Shown here one piece after another: positions 43,698 through 47,608 of a DNA stretch of 47,608 nt. The stretch is from a virus (Duplodnaviria; Caudoviricetes), in the IMG/VR virus record IMGVR_UViG_3300049437_000015, positions 1 through 47,608 of that record, one strand, 5' to 3'. Position 1 is the stretch's first letter. Every line of letters starts with the position of its first letter. Both the position numbers and the translations under genes were made by a program. The notes below the pieces were generated by a model. That model worked only from the letters and a program-made list of their open reading frames with translations. It was not told where the DNA came from and did no database searches.

Positions 43698-44252
43698 ATG
43701 AGCGAAACAAACAGAATACTCGGCGGTTTGGTGGTTGTAGCATTCGGCCTAATGCTCATTTACATGATCCAAGGCCGCATGGGCTGCCAGACCGCCCGGC
43801 AGCAAAACCGCGAGGAACGCCGAGAAAAACGCTCCAAGCGGGAAAAAGTGTGCCAACTGTTGCGGATCGACGATGGCGCAACACTGACGGTAGTCTGGGG
43901 ATTGCGAGACCGTGGCGAAAAAACCGTAGTTATCGAGGGGATTTCGATTCCTTCCACCCAACAGAGTGCAGCGAAAGCGAACCTGGAAAAACTCACCGCC
44001 GGTAATCAAGTGCGGGTACATTACGAAGTCCACCGTTTGTTCGCTGCCGAGGCCGGGGAAGAGGAATTAGAAGACGCCGAATTGGAATCTTCGTCCCCCA
44101 TCGTCGGCGCGGTTTACGGCGACGGCGGATTGAACCTTGGAATCGAGCAGCTTCGGGCCGGGTTGGCAAAATGTCAGCCAGACGCGGCGAAAGAACTCAT
44201 AAACGCTGAACGTGAGGCAAAAAAGGCAAAGAAGGGAATTTGGGGAACATGA
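43698..44252 (+). CDS. Membrane-anchored thermonuclease (SNase)-fold protein, catalytically degenerate
   Basis: N-terminal TM; IDDGATL, EGISIP, LGIEQLRAGLA, AEREAKKAKKGIW. Confidence 0.75.
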   Translation: MSETNRILGGLVVVAFGLMLIYMIQGRMGCQTARQQNREERREKRSKREKVCQLLRIDDGATLTVVWGLRDRGEKTVVIEGISIPSTQQSAAKANLEKLTAGNQVRVHYEVHRLFAAEAGEEELEDAELESSSPIVGAVYGDGGLNLGIEQLRAGLAKCQPDAAKELINAEREAKKAKKGIWGT

Positions 44253-44530
44253 GCGCAACTATCCTAATTTGGATCGGGGTGGGCGGATTTATCTTCCTGT
44301 TGTTTGGCTGGCAATATCTCGCCAAGCTGATACCGGCGTCGAAGACGACGGCTGTCATCGATAAGGCCGAGGATTACGCCGATGAGGCCGTGGCTTGGGC
44401 CGCCTTGAAGTCGGCGGCAGTTCTATTCCGCAAGCACGGCAACACGGCTGCGGCAGCCACGCTGGCTGGATTGACGGCCGAGGTCATGCGGTGGGACGAT
44501 CCGCCGGTTACGCCCGATGGGCAGGGGTAA
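44249..44530 (+). CDS. Membrane protein
   Basis: N-terminal TM helix; ATGA overlap. Confidence 0.6.
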   Translation: MSATILIWIGVGGFIFLLFGWQYLAKLIPASKTTAVIDKAEDYADEAVAWAALKSAAVLFRKHGNTAAAATLAGLTAEVMRWDDPPVTPDGQG

Positions 44531-44534
44531 GCCA

Positions 44535-44954
44535 ATGACCACCGCAACACGCATCAGAATCGCCGTGGCGTTGCTCCTCTTCGCGGGAGTATTCACGCTA
44601 CAGCAATCGCCAAACGCCTTAGAGGCGGTATCTGCAGCGATTCAAAGCCCGCTGGAGCTATTCGGCTACAAATCCAAAGTCGTCCAAGCATGGATCGTCG
44701 AGGAATCTTCCGACCGGCCAAAGCTCGATCAACAGCAAATCATAGCGATCCGCAAAGCAGAAACGCTCGGAATTAAGCTCGTCGATCCTCAAGATCAGCC
44801 GGTTGACGCTAAGGCAAAAGCCGAATTGGAAGCCGTTCTAAAGGCCGTCCAAGGCAAGTCGTTGCCGCAACTCGTCCGCAAATGGAGCAACGGCCGAACG
44901 ACGGCTATAGCTTGCCCTGGCACATTCGAGAAGCTTAGGGAGGCCGTACAATGA
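44535..44954 (+). CDS. Exported/membrane-anchored protein (degenerate thioredoxin-like C-terminus possible)
   Basis: Signal-like N-terminus; WIVEESSDR and KSLPQLV segments. Confidence 0.55.
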   Translation: MTTATRIRIAVALLLFAGVFTLQQSPNALEAVSAAIQSPLELFGYKSKVVQAWIVEESSDRPKLDQQQIIAIRKAETLGIKLVDPQDQPVDAKAKAELEAVLKAVQGKSLPQLVRKWSNGRTTAIACPGTFEKLREAVQ

Positions 44955-45679
44955 CTCTCATCCACGACGAAAACGCCTCTGATTTTGTCCAAGTCAACTC
45001 CGGCTTCATGCCGCGAGAAACGGAATTCGGGAAGCTCGAAGGCGTTCCGATGTTCGCGGATAACATCGAACTCATCCCGGAAAGCGAGTGGATCGACCGC
45101 ATTAAGGCGATGGAAGAGGCGAAGGCTTTTCCGCGATACCTCTATGAGGCTAAGAAGCCGGTTCACCAATACCAGGACGGTCATCCGTTGTGCTGGGCCT
45201 ATTCGCTTACCCAGTCCGTCGAAATGACTGACGAGAACTACGCTCAACTGGCCCCCGAATCTATCGTTGGCGTAGCCGGATGGCGTGACACGGGATTCTA
45301 TTGCGACCGTGCTATCCAGTGGGCAATGGAACACGGCATCGCCGAGCGTTCTTTCGTGCCTCAATACTCGCTCAACCCAAAGGCGTACAAGGCCGGATGG
45401 GAAGCGAATGCCAAGCGGCATCGGCCTGTCGAGTGGTTCGACCTCGGTCGTAGTATGTGGCGGGAAGTCGTCACGGCGTTACTCTGTGGATTCGCCGTTT
45501 ACACGGGCTACAATAGATTCGGCCATGCGATCACGCTCGACAGCCTAGTTGTTAAGGACGGAAAGATCGGCGTATCGTCGCCCAATACGTGGCGAGAAGG
45601 AACCGACCGCTGGACCCTGTTCGGCTCGGTAGCAGTTCCGAATGAAGCCTTTGCCGTGCGAAAGGTGGCTTTCGATTAG
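44951..45679 (+). CDS. Papain-like (clan CA) cysteine peptidase
   Basis: YQDGHPLCWAYS (Gln...Cys), GHAI (His), NTW (Asn). Confidence 0.8.
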   Translation: MTLIHDENASDFVQVNSGFMPRETEFGKLEGVPMFADNIELIPESEWIDRIKAMEEAKAFPRYLYEAKKPVHQYQDGHPLCWAYSLTQSVEMTDENYAQLAPESIVGVAGWRDTGFYCDRAIQWAMEHGIAERSFVPQYSLNPKAYKAGWEANAKRHRPVEWFDLGRSMWREVVTALLCGFAVYTGYNRFGHAITLDSLVVKDGKIGVSSPNTWREGTDRWTLFGSVAVPNEAFAVRKVAFD

Positions 45680-45691
45680 GAGTCTCGAATC

Positions 45692-45910
45692 ATGGACGAA
45701 TCCATTGCCATTGCCAATTCAGTCCGCAAGAAGCTAACCGACACGGCCAATTACATCGGCGAGAATACGGGCGATTGCGATTACCCAATGCACCTTTATG
45801 AGCTCACCCGCCTTGATCGAATAGCCAACGAGGGAATCAAAACTTGTGAAGTTCACGACGAACACAAAACAATCCTTCCACCCCAAAAGAGGAGCGACAA
45901 TGAAACCTAA
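45692..45910 (+). CDS. Hypothetical protein
   Basis: AGGAG SD. Confidence 0.5.
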   Translation: MDESIAIANSVRKKLTDTANYIGENTGDCDYPMHLYELTRLDRIANEGIKTCEVHDEHKTILPPQKRSDNET

Positions 45911-46205
45911 CGTAATTGCTGGCTTGATCTTCGGAATCTTGATGCTTGTAGGCGTTTGCATGGCGATCAACTCGCCGTCCGATGCTGTTGCCACGCCGAC
46001 CGTTACGCCTGCGGTTATCGAGCAAACCGATGTCGGCTCGGCTCCGATTTTGTTGCCGATTGTCAACGTTTCGGATTGCGCCAACGGAAAATGTGCGATC
46101 ACCCGTGAACGAACGGTCGAACGAAAAGCCACCGTACAACGTGCCGCCCCGGTTGCCAAGAAGAAGCCTTTGCGGCGATTGCTCGGTAGGCTACGAAGGC
46201 GGTAG
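45900..46205 (+). CDS. Small exported protein with CANGKC motif and basic tail
   Basis: GAGGAG SD; signal/TM N-terminus; KPLRRLLGRLRRR. Confidence 0.65.
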   Translation: MKPNVIAGLIFGILMLVGVCMAINSPSDAVATPTVTPAVIEQTDVGSAPILLPIVNVSDCANGKCAITRERTVERKATVQRAAPVAKKKPLRRLLGRLRRR

Positions 46206-46241
46206 CTATCACCATAACTTACAGCATTCAAGGAGATTATC

Positions 46242-46490
46242 ATGCATTACCGAAACGGTCGCGAAGCGAAGAATGGCGACAAAATCGTAAAACTGGAAGG
46301 TGGCAAGGTCGTATCATTCGGCGTGCTTCACAGCGCGACCCATGGAAACGATTTTTGCAACGGCAACATCGCTGTCGTTCAGTCGGCAAACGATTATGCC
46401 TGCATGTGCGACTGCCTCCATATCGACGATTTGGCGGAATTGCTCAAAGAAAAGGGCCTCGATAAAAGACCAGCAGCCGTATCTGGTTAG
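46242..46490 (+). CDS. Hypothetical protein
   Basis: AAGGAG SD; MHYRNGREAKNGD...CNG...CLH.DD. Confidence 0.7.
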   Translation: MHYRNGREAKNGDKIVKLEGGKVVSFGVLHSATHGNDFCNGNIAVVQSANDYACMCDCLHIDDLAELLKEKGLDKRPAAVSG

Positions 46491-46566
46491 GCGCAAAGCC
46501 TTTACTGTCCCCACCGCCCGGAGATCATGGACGATTGCAGTCAGGATGACACGGGCGGTACTTTGA

Positions 46567-46655
46567 GTCACCTTAGCTCAATGGTAGAGCGAGCGTTAAA
46601 GTAGGCCGAAATCGAAAAGGAACGCTAGATCATGGTTCGACTCCATGAGGTGGCT
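46567..46655 (+). tRNA. tRNA-like gene with canonical acceptor, D and T arms but an expanded anticodon loop (identity undetermined)
   Basis: GTCACCT/AGGTGGC, TA, GCTC-AATGGTA-GAGC, AGCGT/ACGCT with 25-nt loop, CATGG-TTCGACT-CCATG; no encoded CCA. Confidence 0.75.
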
Positions 46656-46698
46656 TTGCAAGAAATATAAATGGCCGGGTAGTCTAAGCGAGGTGGCT

Positions 46699-47076
46699 AT
46701 GGCTTGGAACGGTAGCATTAAGGCGCAACAAATCGCAGATAATGCATATTCAAAGCTAAGGCCAAGGCACAAAAAGAAACGAAAGCGAGTTATTTGCGGA
46801 GGAAGAACGTGGATAGGCAATCATAGTGTTAAAGTCTGGACATATCGCGAGTACATGCTTAGCAAGAATTGGATAAGAAAAAAGCAAGAAAAGTTTAATC
46901 AAGTCGGCAGGAAATGCGAGATTTGCGGGAGCGTTGACGAAATCCACGTACACCATAAAACATACGAGCGATTGGGAAACGAAAAACTTAAAGATTTGCA
47001 AGTTCTTTGCAGTAAATGCCACGAAAGAATCCACGAAGACGACAAGGCCGCAATCGAACACATTAAATCAATCTAG
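46699..47076 (+). CDS. HNH endonuclease (packaging-associated position)
   Basis: Y.EY..S..W, CEICG...HVHHKTY..LGNE...DL..LC..CH..IH. Confidence 0.85.
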   Translation: MAWNGSIKAQQIADNAYSKLRPRHKKKRKRVICGGRTWIGNHSVKVWTYREYMLSKNWIRKKQEKFNQVGRKCEICGSVDEIHVHHKTYERLGNEKLKDLQVLCSKCHERIHEDDKAAIEHIKSI

Positions 47077-47089
47077 CGGAATCAATACC

Positions 47090-47560
47090 ATGCTGTTTGC
47101 CGAAACAATACCAGTCAGCCCAAACCTCACCGATCCGTCTTCATGGGGAAACATGGTTTCGACCGTGGGCGTCCCGATGGGTATCTTGATGATAGCCGCC
47201 TGCATGTTCAGCTATTTTACCTACATCTTACTTCGCTGGCTATTCGCACCTGGCATTTCCGAGCAGCAACCCGATGGGTCTATGAAGAGACTTAAGGATG
47301 GTGGCATTGTGCGCGAGGCTTGCTCGCGTTGGGTCGATGCGCAAGTGGCGGCTTTGAACGGAATCCGCGTGGATATCGATGCGTTGAAAGACGTTTCCGA
47401 CAAGGTCAAGGTCGATCACCAAAGCCAACAGCTTGCACATGCGGCGATGAAGCAGGCAGGACACAAGGCTTTGAACGTGCTGAATACCATTGGCGCGGCG
47501 GTCAAGGTGGACGTGTCGAGCGACATTCAGGCAGCGCACGATAGCCTCAATCAGGCGTAA
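47090..47560 (+). CDS. Membrane protein, holin-like candidate
   Basis: TM segment VGVPMGILMIAACMFSYFTYILL followed by coiled coil. Confidence 0.5.
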   Translation: MLFAETIPVSPNLTDPSSWGNMVSTVGVPMGILMIAACMFSYFTYILLRWLFAPGISEQQPDGSMKRLKDGGIVREACSRWVDAQVAALNGIRVDIDALKDVSDKVKVDHQSQQLAHAAMKQAGHKALNVLNTIGAAVKVDVSSDIQAAHDSLNQA

Positions 47561-47608
47561 TACCCCCCTGGGTCAAGGTACTTCCTCGACCACCCCGCGA
47601 TCGAGGGC
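47561..47608 (+). other. Candidate cos/packaging-site region
   Basis: Non-coding CCCCCC..GGGTC-AAGGTACTTCC and inverted repeat CCTCGA/TCGAGG between HNH/holin-like genes and terL if the contig is circular. Confidence 0.35.

Noticed and set aside
1-47608. Stop-codon reassignment or suppressor tRNA
   Set aside because: Genes are full length and tightly packed under the standard code with TAA, TAG and TGA all used as stops; the tRNA-like elements have no defined anticodon

Overview
The window looks like an essentially complete ~47.6 kb tailed (siphovirus-like) phage genome opened just upstream of the terminase large subunit. A Planctomycetota host is inferred from an SHD1-domain moron and the style of the morphogenesis and lysis genes. 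All confident genes but one are on the + strand. Order: terL and small genes (1-3.8 kb); late promoter with a structured leader; lambda-type portal, protease-capsid fusion, two DUF2190-like decoration paralogs (one fused to a beta-helix), neck, tail, tape measure and Cys-rich tail-tip genes (4-21 kb); SHD1 moron, repeat-bounded cassette with an RHH regulator, a long structured non-coding region and a tyrosine recombinase (21-24 kb); early genes for HNH-AP2, two ParB-like proteins, CsrA, PD-(D/E)XK nuclease, Sak4-like ATPase, SSB, replication initiator, RusA, Lar-like protein, radical SAM and two DNA methyltransferases (24-43.6 kb); and a lysis-like module with a degenerate SNase and papain-like protease, then an HNH and a cos-like end. 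The most unusual aspect is a set of structured RNAs: a ~410-nt multibranch region in front of the recombinase that begins with a tRNA-Asn-like 3' end, a tRNA-within-a-tRNA element, a tRNA with a 25-nt anticodon loop, and a pseudoknot-capable RNA ahead of the replication initiator, alongside a phage CsrA. A C5-methyltransferase also sits inside the termini of a Lar-like gene. All calls come from manual motif and base-pair reading; no searches or folding programs were run.
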